A stretch of 53,915 bases of DNA from Priapulus caudatus (lineage: Eukaryota). The translations under genes and the position numbers were made by a program. The notes under the pieces were generated by a model. The model had not been told where the DNA came from, ran no database searches, and was given only the letters and a program-made list of their open reading frames with translations. Location: positions 24,829 to 78,743 of the forward strand of contig NW_014577073.1 in assembly GCF_000485595.1 (NCBI RefSeq). The letters are read 5' to 3'. The number at the start of each line of letters is the position of its first letter. Position 1 is the first letter of the stretch. Below, one piece after another: positions 38,301 to 51,205 of the stretch.

Positions 38301-40635
38301 CATCTATGTCACAAGTATTATCGCATCACAACACGCACTTAGAAATCACTTCAGGAACAGTGCCGATGGAACAGAAGCACGATGCTAGCCTCCGCTCTGT
38401 GCGATGCGCGTCCCCCAAAGGCCAGAAGTTAATCTTAACGTCGCAACTGCAAGTAGCGTAAACCTGGGTAAGTCGATAAGGGCCGTCTAGATAATTGAGG
38501 AAGTGAACTCATCAAGTCAATAAGCTAACGGCGCTAAAAAAGCCAAATCACTTAAAATGCGGTGAAACAGTTGTATGGGGCTGGACGTCCTTAAAAAAGT
38601 ACCACGTATGTTATCCTTACGAAACCTTTGAAATGGAACCGTCGCCAATAATCCTCCGACCAGCAAGTATAGCCTCGAAAAAGTTATCCGTCCGTTAAAA
38701 CCGACGGAGCGTCCAGTAAGTACTTAGACTGATGTAATAAGCGTCACTCCCGCTTAGATTGACTTATTACAGTAAGAAGAGAGGTTGCTTAAAAAAGCTG
38801 AGGTTTGAGTTTATGACAGTAGGTGGGTGCTAGCAGTAACAACCTTGCGAATGTATACTCACTTCTTTCACAATTATCCTAAGCTCATCTTACTAGCCGT
38901 GCAGTTGAATAAGAATAGTGATCCGCTAGATTAGTTTGTATTGAATCAGGAGGCATAGGAAGCTTGCTCCTAGCAAGTAATTTATAACAAGTAGTCGCAG
39001 TGCACGCCATACGAACTCGATAGAGCGAAGACTATCGCTCTCGTACAAGCTCATCGCTTACAGGTAGCGGCAACGTTGGAAAACAATTACCAAAATTTCG
39101 TCTAGATAGTTGTAACACGTGTAAGGCAAGTGCTAGCAATAGTAATGTGACAAAAAATAGGAAGAGGCAGGTAAGTAGCAGTACCAAGACCTATGAAGAT
39201 CTTAGCATTTTATCAAAGCATCCCGTCCCCAAGTCTTAGAAATCTTCAAGCCCATACAAGGCTAAGTGATAAACTGTATAGTCCGGGTCCCGCTAGATTC
39301 AGTTATTGTCTAGACAGTAAGGGGGGGGGGCTCTAAACGATATTTGTTATGACAGTAGTTTTCTTAGCACTAAACATACGCTAAGACGCTCCATCCCCAA
39401 TAGTCTCATATACAGCCTGCAGTGATAATCGTAGTACGCTCTCGCTATGAATTATGTTTGTGACAGTAAGGCGGCGACCTAGCTTAGTTTAGAAAGTAGT
39501 TGGTGCAGCATTACAGACCTGACCGACTTCCTCTCGCCACTTCATCTTACAGGCCTGCAGTGAGTAACGTTCAGGCGCTAGATCATGTTGGACAGTAGGG
39601 GGGTCTACGTTATATCTAAGCAATATCGTAAGGCGGTAGCGAGTTTGTGACATGTAGGTTGGGCGCTAGCATATGTGGAACAGTATAGCCACAATCTGTG
39701 TGCAGCGAGTAGAAGCTCTATCGGTATTAGTAGACAATAGGTGCTAAACTAGTTGTGACATGTAAGCGGGTTGACTACGTATTGTGACAGTAGGTTGTAA
39801 GCAGCAAGTCGTAAGTTTGCGAAATCAGTAGGAGATCTAGGCGAAATTTTGACTAGGAGATACTCTAGCCCGCTACCTAGTTGACAGTAGGAATGCTCCC
39901 TAGAACAAATATCAACAACTTTGCAAAAACCGATGCCCTCCCTACAGTCTCATTCTATACAAGTTACCTGTAACAAATAACAATCTTACTCCGTACATAA
40001 GCTAGATTTAGTTTGTGACAGATAGTGGGTCCGCTAGCATAGTACGTGACAGGAGGGCGCTATCAGTAAACCTTGGAAACTCCTCTCAGTCCATCACTAA
40101 CAGCCTCATGAGTAACGTATTAGGGCACTGCAATATAGTTTGTGACAGTTAGGTGAGCGCAGACAAAGAGTTGTGACAGTATGTAGCGCTAGTCGTAGTT
40201 GTGTGACAGTAGGGAGGCGCAACCGAAGTTCGTGCACAGTAGGCAGATGCTCTATGCGGATGTTGTGAACAGTTAGTAGCCGCTAGCGTTTGTGACAGTA
40301 GGCAGCGCTAGCATAGATTGTGACAGTAGTCAGGCCACGCCTAGCTGCTAGGTTTTGACAGTAGGTTGCAGGGCTCTACTGTAGTTTTCGGGACAGTATT
40401 GGGGCTCTAGCGTACTTTGTGACATAGGGGAGCTCTAGCAGTATTTGTGACAGAGGCAGGCGATAGCCTACCGTTGGACAGTAAGAGCCGCAAGCGTATT
40501 TGCTGACAGTAGCGAGAGGTCCTAGCGACTTTGACAGATGGTGCTAGGCGTAGTTTGCTGACAGTAGGCAGGCCTAGCAGTAGTTTGTGACAGTAGGATC
40601 GCTAGCCCGTATTTGAGCAGTAGCGAGGCGCTCCG
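35395..40635. repeat. Highly noisy satellite array (about 29-bp unit CTAGCGTAGTTTGTGACAGTAGGCAGGCG with an interspersed longer unit)
   Basis: TTTGTGACAGTAGG cores recur densely at 39300-40635 and more noisily at 35400-36700. The longer unit CAACCTTGAA..CATCTTACAGCCTGCAGTG occurs near 36065, 36195, 39510 and 40065. A non-repetitive insert lies at about 36750-38700. Confidence 0.75.
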
Positions 40636-42214
40636 CTAGACTTCATCGGCACGACTGAAAAGTGGGTGAAGAGGAAGGGGTAGGACGGAGGAGGGGAGGA
40701 GGAGGGGCCGTGAGGGTGTCTGTGTTACGTACTGTTTTTGTGTTGTTTTTGATGTGCGCGAAGAGTACGTGTGTCGTGCTGCAGGTGGCGTGTGTCGCGC
40801 GGAGAGTGCGTGTGTGTGCGTGTGCATTGTTAGTGTCTCAGAGATAGAATTTCCCGCAGGATCGCGGAATACTCGCGAGCATGTACAGGCTCACCAGGGA
40901 GTCCGATTTTGTGAAACGTTAAATCCCGTTGAAGAAAATTTAGGTGGGTGGTAAGAATGTACAATATCTTCTATTTTAACACACGCACAGACAGGTACTT
41001 TATTTGAATGAGACATTGTCACTATTCCGAAACATCAAGACTGATTGCCTTGTTTAAGTTATCGCACACGCTCGAAGGGCTCAGATTCGATTGAATTCCT
41101 GTGTCAACGTCCGACTGTATGCGTCAGTCATACCGAGTAATAACACATAAAGTGAGAACTAAGCGCCGTATGATCACTAGTATAGACATTGATAGAAGGG
41201 AAATAAACGTTCTGTAAAGCCTGGCGGCACAACACGGGCGAGCCCTAGTCCTGTCTCAAGGCGATTCGGATTGCACCACACACCAAGCCATGCCTCTCAC
41301 CGACGTTTCTTTCTCATTTCTAAGTAAGAACTTCTGCTTACAACTAAGGGTACATAGGTACAGTACTGTAAGCTGCTAACACGGATTTATAGGACAATGT
41401 GACCACAATGACATTGATGAGCTATGACACAATCAGAATACTCTAATATGCCTAATACACCTCTGTGAAAAGTACATCTCTGACCAACTAGCAGGTTGAA
41501 CCAGGTAGACGTAAACACGTAAGAAATTTAGAGGCTTTCTTACTTGCTGCAATCTGAGGTTCCTGGTTGAGGCTTAATAATATAATATGATGTCCTCAGC
41601 TTCAGCTTGCCCACTTCCCGCAGTCATCACCTGCCTGCACCCTGACCATCCACGGGGCCTATGATGGCGCGCGCCTAGACGCCCGACTCCATTTTTTATT
41701 GTCCACATTGCCCGCATCTCATCCACGTCGGGTGGTCTGCCTGTGTGTTGTGTTGTGTGTTGCGTGTGTATTGTAAATGTCGGATGTTGGCTCTGGACTC
41801 AAGTGTCGTGCTTGCCGTGTGTGGGGTAATGTGACTGAGTTGCAAGAGCATGAGATACATTGCATTGTTGTCCGTGATGTTTTGCAGGGTACACGGTGCC
41901 TCATCTGCGAAGTCAACAGATGACTTAGGATTCATGTTAAGGCGAGATGCAGAGAATGTGCTCGGAGCAGGTAAGTCAATAAGCCCATAGCCGAAACAGG
42001 GTACGCTGCGTGTGTGGTCGCGTGTCGCAGTGCAGTGGCCCTCGACCGAAACGTCTGTTGCGGTGGTGCTTGTTGCCGTACGCGTTTGTTGTGTGTGTGC
42101 ACAGTGCATGGCATCGACTGCTTTGGCCTTGTGCTATGAGTTGTGCTGTGTGCGTTGTAACTCCGTAAATGCTTATGGGTGACAGTCGTTTTTTTAAAGA
42201 GACACCAGAAGTAC

Positions 42215-43497
42215 AAAGTAGCATAACAGCACAATCAGCAGTAGCAGCAGATAGAGGCGGATGCACCGCACGAGCAGTTGAAGATTAGCATGCATAGCAA
42301 CCAAGAGACACCCATATAGCATCAACAGTAACCGACAATAGCCAACCAGTACATAAGCATCCAGCAAAGCAAGCAATAGCAGCAGTTAGGGCAGCGAGTA
42401 GTCAGTAGCATCGAGCGCTCACGTAAAAGCAGTAGCAAAAGGACGAGTTAGCCACCTATGCAATACAGCAGTATATCAGCAATACCAAACAGTCAAGCAG
42501 CAAGCACAACATACACAGCAAGTAGCAACAGACACACACCACAGGTAAAACTATGCATGAGCACAGTAGCCAAGTAGCATCACCAATAACCAGCAGTAGC
42601 AACTACACTAGCAACATCCACCAGTAACGCAGTATGCAAAGCAAACAGCAGGCACAACGAACAGTAGAGCAGCAGTAGCTAACAGCAGCAAGCTAAACAG
42701 CAGTAGTCAGCAGTAATCATACATCAGCAGTAACAGCAGAGCACAGCAACCTGATACAGCACAGTAATAAAGTGACAGCCAGTACAGTAGCATCACACTA
42801 AAAGAGCAGTAGCAGCAGCAACATTACAATCAGCATAAATAGCAGTACCGCAAAGCAGAGCATTCACCATAAAGCTAGTCTACAGTAGACAGCGTAGACA
42901 GCTAGAACAGCCCGTAACACAGTACACATACAGAGCACAGCAGAACATCAGGGCGAGCCCCCCCCGTAGCTATCTAGAGATCGGCATACAGCATAGCAGT
43001 ACAGCAGCATCAGTAATAGCATAACAGCAGAACCAGCATTCATCTATCAACACACGCATCACACTACTACAGCAATCAGCAACAATAAGCAAACCAGCAG
43101 CAGCAGTAAACAGCATAACAGCAAGTACACACGAGCACTCACAGTAACAGCATAAAGCAATCAGCAGTAGCATAGCATCACAGTAGACACATAGCACAGT
43201 AGTCATTAGTGCGATCAGCATAACATCATGGGAAGCACGCAGTAACAGTAGCATCAGTCATACTAAACAAGCAATTCAGTAGGCATACCATCAGCAGCTA
43301 AACAAGCACTAAGGGACAGTAGCACATACTATATAGTATTCGCACACGTAGCAACAGCAGCATTAACAGTCAGCAGCAAATAACATAACAAACAGCAGCA
43401 GTCCAGACATAGTATACTAGCATATCAGTAACAGTCACAACAGTTAGCAATAGTTAGCAGCATACACACAGTATACACAAATACATACCAGCAGTAG
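42215..43497. repeat. Degenerate (CAG/CAA/TAG)n low-complexity tract
   Basis: AGC/AGT/AAC triplets dominate, with many indels. Confidence 0.8.
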
Positions 43498-44576
43498 CTC
43501 TCCGCTCCTCTCTCACTCTCCTTTCCTACTCCCACTCTCTCCTCTCTCTCTCTCGCTTCCTCTCTCTCCTTCTCCTCTCTCGTCCACTCCTCACCCAACT
43601 TCACTGCCACCAACTCGCACTCACACCCTGAGCTCAAGCCATCATATTCAAATGTTTACCATCACTTCGATACAGTCTAGGTCACTGGTCAAGTGTGTTT
43701 AATCATTTCCACTAACAACCATCTCGAAAATACTTTCCGAAACAATGTACAAGATTTTACCCCCTCATGCCCCGAACTTATGAGCCTTCACCTTGTCTGA
43801 GCCGCTCCCCGACTCACTTCGAGCCNNNNNNNNNNNNNNNNNNNNNNNNNTTTGGATGTGCTATGTATATCGCGAGAAAACAAGCTCAACCAATCAGGCG
43901 TCAGTACCGTCAGTACCGTGACTTTAAGAGAAAAAAAATCGGCGACGGTACCGTTGCAGGAGCAACAGCCATTTTGGCTGTGCGCGAAAATTCTGAACAA
44001 CCTGATTATCGCGTAAACCAAGAGTTAACTGTATTCTCTTTACAAAGAGTTGTTATATATGTATTTCTTACATTTTCATTATTTAAATATTATTAGTGGA
44101 TAGATTGGTTAAATTACAGCATGAAACAGGTAATATAGTGGTCGTAAAACAAATTGTGCGTCAAGATCAAAAAAATCATAGCAAATTAGACAAATTAGCA
44201 TTTTACAAACAAGTATCGTTACAATTATTCGCTGACATGTCATGTTTCTGCACATGTGTTCTCACGTCTATATCGTCGTTTACGATTGAAATGCTTTGTA
44301 ATAAATAATTATACTCTAACGAAAATCTCCGAGGTATTTATTATTTACTAAAATCGCTTTACATAATTCAGTAAAATGCACATAATCACTGGTTGCGGTG
44401 GTGAGGATCGAACTCCACATGTAGAGCAAAATAAAGTAGAGCAGTAGAGCTGTAAAGCTATAGAGCAGTAGAGCAGAGTACAGAGCAGTATAGTAGAGCA
44501 GAGTAGAATGCAGGAGAGTTGTTGTTGTTGTTGCGTGGACCTTGACCGTGACATTGTCATTGACCGTGGCCTCGAC

Positions 44577-44746
44577 CAATTTTCCCATTTCTAAAATTTT
44601 AAGTGGCCTGGAGTTCAAGGCCACGGCCTTGGGCTCAAGGCCATTACAATTTCCAATTTCTACAAATTTCCTTGGCCTTGAGTTCAAGGCCATGGCCTTG
44701 GGCTCAAGGCCATTACATTTTCTCAACATTACATGACTCAAGGCCA
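44577..44746. repeat. Tandem duplication (about 69-bp period) of palindromic TGGCCTTGAGTTCAAGGCCA units
   Basis: Two copies of GGCCT(G/T)GAGTTCAAGGCCA(C/T)GGCCTTGGGCTCAAGGCCATTACA. Confidence 0.75.
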
Positions 44747-45073
44747 AAATTGCTCCATAACTCGCACAGCCCAGCTCAACCTACCACCGCACCTAGGTTG
44801 TGCGATAACTGGTACAGCCTTGAGCTCAAGGCCATATTCAAAATGTTTACATCACTCGATTACAGTCATGGTCATGGTCAAGTTGTGTTTACATTTCGCC
44901 TAACAATATCTCGAAAATATCTTTCCGTGGTAAATGACAAGATTTGATCCCGGAATAATTGAGTACCAGCCCAGCACGCTACGCATGCACCCAAACTCAC
45001 CATTTCTTATATGGTCGGATCCAATCTATGTGTTACAATTGGCTTAACAATAGTTAACAGAAAAGTTTACTCT

Positions 45074-45140
45074 GTTCCCCGGCAAGAATTGAACTTACGA
45101 CAACTGTCTAACAGTCCAACACGTTACGCACTCACCCATA
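45074..45140 (-). mobile_element. tRNA-like SINE head or tRNA pseudogene fragment
   Basis: Minus strand TGGGTGAGTGCGTAACGTGTTGGACTGTTAGACAGTTGTCGTAAGTTCAATTCTTGCCGGGGAAC has A-box-like and B-box (GTTCAATTC) elements; stems are incomplete. Confidence 0.35.
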
Positions 45141-45485
45141 CTTACCATTTTAAGATTTTGATCTTAGATGTGTGTGTTACGTTTTCCTCCATTAACAAGA
45201 AATGATAAGACTGAATTCATCGCCTAGCATATATTTCAACGCGAATATTTTTATTTAAAAACGGAATAGAACTCCTTCTGCAGTTCTTTCCATTCAAATC
45301 ATCCATGATTGGTAGAGATGTGCTATACATTTAGAATGCTGCGAGTTTAAATATATACAGTGACCGGTGCTGATAAATCTAACCGATATCTGTTAAATAC
45401 ATCGAGTTCACCGAGTAAAATATGTGCCAACTGCCTTTGGTTTCGCTTTCCGCAAAACGTGTAAATATGACCGAATGGTTTATTA

Positions 45486-45680
45486 TCTTCTTCTTCTTCT
45501 CGGGTCACTAACCTACACTCGGCCCAGCCATTGCAGCACACAGGACTTGGCACGGTGGTTGAAAGCCTCAAGGTCTCCAGGGCTACAGGGCTCTGGTAAT
45601 AGGGGGCATTTCAGGAGATGTCCCATAGTCTGGTCCTCCCCGCAGTCGCATTCGGTTGGACCATCTTCAGTGTATCCCCT
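45486..45680 (-). mobile_element. 5'-truncated non-LTR retrotransposon 3' end (C-terminal CCHC-type motif plus (GAA)n tail)
   Basis: Minus-strand translation GYTEDGPTECDCGEDQTMGHLLKCPLLPEPCSPGDLEAFNHRAKSCVLQWLGRV-stop, a very short 3'UTR, then GAGAAGAAGAAGAAGA. The CxCG..QT..H...CP motif is typical of RT ORF C-termini in Ingi/Vingi/RTE-X-like LINEs; clade not resolved. Confidence 0.7.
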
Positions 45681-46610
45681 ATCACGCCTATAGCTGATAC
45701 TATCGAATACGCGGTATTTACACGTGATTGCGTTGCACACAGTGATCCAGCAAGTGTGCAGAACTCTCACTACAGCCCGACGCGAGACACCAGAATTGTT
45801 ATTCACGGGCTCGGTGGTCANNNNNNNNNNNNNNNNNNNNNNNNNNNNNNNNNNNNNNNNNNNNNNNNNNNNNNNNNNNNNNNNNNNNNNNNNNNNNNNN
45901 NNNNNNNNNTTATTATGATTAATGATTTATTATGAAGACCTATTATTATAAATATTTATTATAAATACCTATTTGCAATGGTCAGAATTCATGAGAGAAT
46001 TCCATTTTAATTCCAACTTTAGCCAACAAATTTTTCAGCAAACAAAAAAATCATAAAAATATCATTCACCCCTGCTCGCTATCTCGTTATTAGCCCACAC
46101 CTGTTACCATAGTTACGTATTTCCACTTAACCGTCACCCAAAAATAATAATTCGAAGATATTGTTGTGCAATTAAATGGCAATGATGTTATATATATCCA
46201 TGTTATATTAATATTCTGCCACACCTGTTATGCATTTCTATATTTAATCATTGGCTTCTGGCAATAATTAATTATCCGAAGCACTCGCTGTCTAAGTAAA
46301 ATCATGACAATGATGTATGTAGCAGTGATCTTTTTAAAACACAAGGCAAGGAACACACAAACCAATACACACACACCAGCAAGTGGATTTTACAATTGAG
46401 TGTTTGTAATCAATCATTCGGTTTACAGTTGAATATACTGATCTTAACTCGTTTCTGATCTTCCTTCTAGGAACACGCGGCTGATACACGAAACTTCGTC
46501 AACGTCGAAGTTTTCTCTACGATCGTGGCGCCCCGTGCGACCTTCACCGACAACAGCGACGACATTTCTACCATAATACCACGCGATGTAAAAAAATTGT
46601 TTACTGTACG

Positions 46611-47120
46611 CTTAGTCTCATCTACTACTACGTATCAGTGTGAGCACCAACCTCAGTCTCATCTACTACCTCTGTCTCATTCACTACCTCTCAGTCTCAT
46701 CTACTACCTGTCTAATCTACTACAACTCCGTCTAATCTACTACCTCTCAGTCTAAGCTACTACCTCTCAGTCTAATCTACTACTTCTCAGTCTAATCTAC
46801 TATCTCTCAGTCTAACCTACTACCTCTCAGTCTAATCTACCACTCTCTACTCCCTCCCTCGCACTCGACCCTCTACATCTCTCTGCCCTCTCTGCCCTCT
46901 ACATCTCTCTACCTCTCTCTACCTCTCTCTGCCCTCTACATCTCTCTACCTCTCTCTCTGCCCTCTACATCTCTCTACCTCTCTCTGCTCTCTACATCTC
47001 TCTATCTCTATCTACTCTCTAACTCTCTCTGCTCTCTACATCTCGCTAACTCTCTCTGCTCTCTACATCTCGCTAACTCTCTCTGCTTTCTACATCTCTC
47101 TATCTCTTGCTGCCCTCTCT
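46611..47120. repeat. Two adjacent pyrimidine-rich minisatellites (20-bp CTCAGTCTAATCTACTACCT unit, then a roughly 27-bp CTCTACATCTCTCTACCTCTCTCTGCC unit)
   Basis: Directly visible periodicity at 46611-46841 and about 46869-47120. Confidence 0.85.
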
Positions 47121-49604
47121 CTTTATAGCATTCATTATTTGCATGTTAACTCTCTCTATCTAACCTATCCCGCCACTCTCTCTCTCTCTCACTCTAGCGC
47201 GTGCTCTCCCAGACTCATACACACTTTCATGCACACTACCACTCTCCCTCGTTCTCTCTCTCGTGCACGGATTCTCTCCCCCTGTGTTGTACTCACTCTT
47301 GCTCACCTAAGCTAAGCTAACCTATGCTTGCCTATTGCAATCTCTCCCCCTAACATAACTCTTCCCTCCCCCTCCTCCCATCCCGACCTTTGACTGGACC
47401 CTCCTTCCCCCTCCCCTGTGCCCACTCCACCCCGTCCACCTCCCCCTTCACTACTCCCTCTTACACTCACGATCATGCTTCCGTTCACGCTCGCAGTCGT
47501 TCACCTGGAAAAGCTCCTAGAAACACTACTCTACATTCACACACATTTCCAAATAAAATACAAAACAAATTTCCATGAAACGAATCAACTTGCTTCCAAA
47601 TCTACTACCATATGGTCACTAGTGAATCACTTCACTAATAGCCAACAACTGCCATCTAGTGGCGAGGTTTGCTGCAAATTACAACTTAACAATTTATGTG
47701 ACGTTATTTTTGCTGCAAATTGCATACTTATGACAGAATAGTGGAATCTGAAGCGAGTCAATTGGCTAAATGCTTAATGCTAATGCAATGCTAAATGCTT
47801 TGGACAAATTGTTTAAATGCTAGTCAAGTGAGAAATTCTTCCCTGTAGGTTAATAAGTTCAATAGTGAGTTTCGAAGAAGTTTTGAATTATAAAAACGAT
47901 TTGGAAGTTAGTAAATTGATTGATGACATGTAAATAAATTTAATAAGCCAATTTCGCATTTTGGAGAGCATTGCATTGGGGCATGTTTCGGTTATTGCAT
48001 CAGAAAAAAGTCATCTCTGCCAATGTTGTACTTTTCTACTAATATCATTTTTGGTAGCAAATTGTAGTACAAGTTCTAGCTAATCTTTAAAAATACTACT
48101 TTTAAGAATAGACATGTCTCCAACAAATTTAATATAATGGAATTGTGACCTAAACATAGGCTAAGTTACGTAATAAACAGCAAGCCCTAACCTTTAGGGT
48201 ACCCCAATCATATGCTGAAAATATACTGGACAAAGAAGCTAAATGACCTTTGAAGCCAAATTACTCTACGTATCGTAGCCAAATCACAGCTAATCTTCTT
48301 AGCAAGTGCCCTGAAACTTACTTGTAGCTAATTACATTTAATTGCAATGAGACCGGAGTTAGAATTTTGTAAAAGCATATTTATTTTATGATTGTCGAAC
48401 GCTAGGACTTGGGAGCGAATTTATGTTAAGGAGCATGTGCAGTCTAAATGCGAAATTGGCTTATCGTCATTGATCAATCAGCAGACATTGATATATTTGC
48501 ATCCACAATTACATGAAAATGGTACATTAAAATCGTCTACTTGCTGCCACTATCACTGCCACGAAAAACAAATTTCCTATCTTTGTCATTAAAAAGTCTA
48601 GTCAAATACTTCGAACATTGAACTGCTGACTTCTAAAAACGAACTCGATGAAAAACTACTCTGGATTCGATTAACAACATACAGATGGTAACAATTAAGG
48701 CAGTTTCACGTTAACATAGTGCATCGTCGCAATAATTAACAGTCCTGGCTTCAACGATTTCATACACTCACGCCTCCCGTCAGCTTGATGATGTGTCTAT
48801 GTCTTCGCAAATGTCCTTTTACACGATGGGGTGGCTTGTGTGGGCGTATGCTGATCCGTGGCAGTGTTACGCAGCTTGTCAACAGAAGTGAGTCTGAAGT
48901 CCTGGATCCTTGCTCTGTAACAATAGTGAAGACCACACTGCAATGATTAAGTATAAGATTATTAATGTATAAGTTTAAGTGATTAAGGTAATGAACAAGT
49001 ATATATATATACCCATCCTCTATCTCTCACTCTCTCACACAACAGGCTGCTCCTTACACTGATACATGCCCATGCCCACAACACACACTCTTCCCTAGGA
49101 CACGTACAAAAATACTCACTGTAGAGTAGTGCTAGTCTCGACGATTAGCATCCATCGTGTTTGATTAGATGAAAAGACACCTTGGTCTAATCCCAGCCTC
49201 ATGAGCCATCGACTTGGCATCAAATATCCCTCTTCTCTCTGAAAACAAATAAATTCAAAGTCAAAGCACACATAAAAATTTGGTTAAAAATAGACAAAAA
49301 TTGGTTAGTTCAGTTTGGCCAACCTGATAACTGCTTATGTTAATCACTCAATTTCATACAAACATGTTCACAAAATATATTACCTGCAATTTTTAACATG
49401 TTTGAATTGATAGTAACAATTTTGTTAGGGCTGTAACATCCAGAAAACAGGTCATCATACCTATCATAGCTTCCTCTTCTCCTCCTCTTCTTCTTCTTGT
49501 TCATCTTCTTCTTCACTATTTTTCGTCGTCTTCTTCTTCCCCTTTCCCTAGTTGAGTTATATGCAACGCTATGTCCAATCATTTGTATGCTTTCACTATA
49601 TTAG

Positions 49605-49855
49605 ACATCTTCACCGTAACCCTGGCATGGGAGGCTGAACAGGTGTTATGCTTTGCCTAAGGGCAACCTGTAGCTAGGGCCGCAGAGGAAGCTTATCTCC
49701 TCACTAGTGACTTATGAAAGTCACTCCCTTCTCCAAGCGAACTGGAATAAAGTGCCTTGCTCATGGGCACAAGAGCAGTGATCAAGGTGGCACTCAGGCC
49801 CCAGACCTTTCAGCCTGAAGTCCTGAGCAACAACCACTTGACCACTGCTCCTCCC
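49605..49855 (-). mobile_element. Degenerate tRNA-derived SINE
   Basis: The minus strand begins GGGAGGAGCAGTGGTCAAGTGGTT (A-box-like), has a degenerate B box, then the common SINE core GTGCCCATGAGCAAGGCACTT. A related body fragment recurs at about 50000-50105 (shared GACTTTCATAAGT..AAGCTTCCTCT..AGCTACA). Confidence 0.6.
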
Positions 49856-50135
49856 ACCAGTGTCAGCCATCCAAGCGACTCTAGCATGGCTATGACACTC
49901 TGTCTCCAAAAGTAGATGTTGGTATGAAGTTTGCAGCTCATCACTGGATCATCTCTTTGCTGTCTTTGGTCTTTGTTGATGGATATCAGATGGAGGAAAG
50001 TATACATTCCGTGCTTGGTCAAACTAACAGGGAAACTTGTAGCTTGGGTGGAAGAGGAAGCTTACCTTCCCACTATGTACTTATGAAAGTCTCTCCCCTT
50101 TCATAATATATATATATATATCATATAATAGAATT

Positions 50136-50379
50136 GGGAATCAACTTGGCTGAGTGGTTTCGTCTGTGGGATAGCTAGGCAATCATGAGTTATGGCGAGT
50201 CATGAGGTTGCATGCAACTGGCATTTTTACTAGCAGTACTCTGTGTGCTCTTTAGATGCTCTGGGTGCTCCTTAGACTCTATGGGTGCTCCTTGACTGGT
50301 GATGGCATTTAGCATGGTGAGGTTCCTACTCCATAGCTGGTTTAAGGTGATGCTTCAATCCGTGAGTCGATAGATAGAT
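50136..50379 (+). mobile_element. Possible degenerate SINE
   Basis: A-box-like TGGCTGAGTGG at the 5' end, an internal short duplication (GGGTGCTCCTT x2) and a (GATA)n-like tail; B box not clear. Confidence 0.35.
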
Positions 50380-51205
50380 CTGTCTTTACATGATGTCAGC
50401 TGGACAATGGTATGCGTTGCCTTCTGATAAGTGTAGATGCTCGAGTAGTGCTTCTACCCTGAAAAAAACGTCCATCAGTACCAATTCCAAAAGTAACAAA
50501 CAAACGTACAGTTACAAGAGGTCTTAACAATATTAAGTCTTCTATGTGAGTTAAATTAATATTTATAATTATTGTTACTTTGTTCCAAAAATATACTAAC
50601 TCATGAACCATGAAAAACAAAAAAAAACAAAGACAACCTGATCTTTCTATTCATCCTTTGATATCAGTCAGACAAGCTCACTTGAGATGGCTGTGGATGG
50701 CATATGAAGACATTCCAACAGCAACTGTAAATATTAAAAATTATTAAAGCTATATTTGTGAGATTCTTGCTCAGAAACACTCAATCCGAATAAAATACAG
50801 CGAAATATTGTCTCACCTCACGGCGGATATATCACTGATTACACTAACTTGAAAAACACTAAGACTTTATGTTAAGGGATTCAGTGGAGGAGTGGTGATT
50901 GTCTAGGGGGAGGGGGTGATTGTCCGGGGGGTAATTGTCTTCTATATCGACCACTGTTTAGACAATTCTACATGACCTTCCCTACTCGCGGAGCACAGTA
51001 GAGTGAAAAAGAATGTATAATACTTAGTGGTTATTTTATCATTTATGTTAGTATATTATAAGATGCATGGTTCAGGAAATGGAGAAAATTTCACAAACCA
51101 GGTTAACTGCATGGTACCTTGAGAAATTAATTTTAAAAGAATCATTTTAAACGTAATTTAATTAGTTTTCAAATCATAATTTGCTATTCTATGCATGATA
51201 CCTAC

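Larger units (their letters stand above)
34125..43850. other. Low-accuracy sequence block (probable uncorrected long-read gap fill) ending at a 25-N gap (43826-43850)
   Basis: Corrupted microsatellites and satellite units full of 1-2 nt indels; no ORF in the track between 34588 and 40636; 43629-43758 is an indel-ridden copy of the cleaner 44821-44945. Confidence 0.75.

Noticed and set aside
45074..45140. Functional tRNA gene
   Set aside because: Acceptor and D stems do not pair properly; retained only as a SINE or pseudogene fragment.
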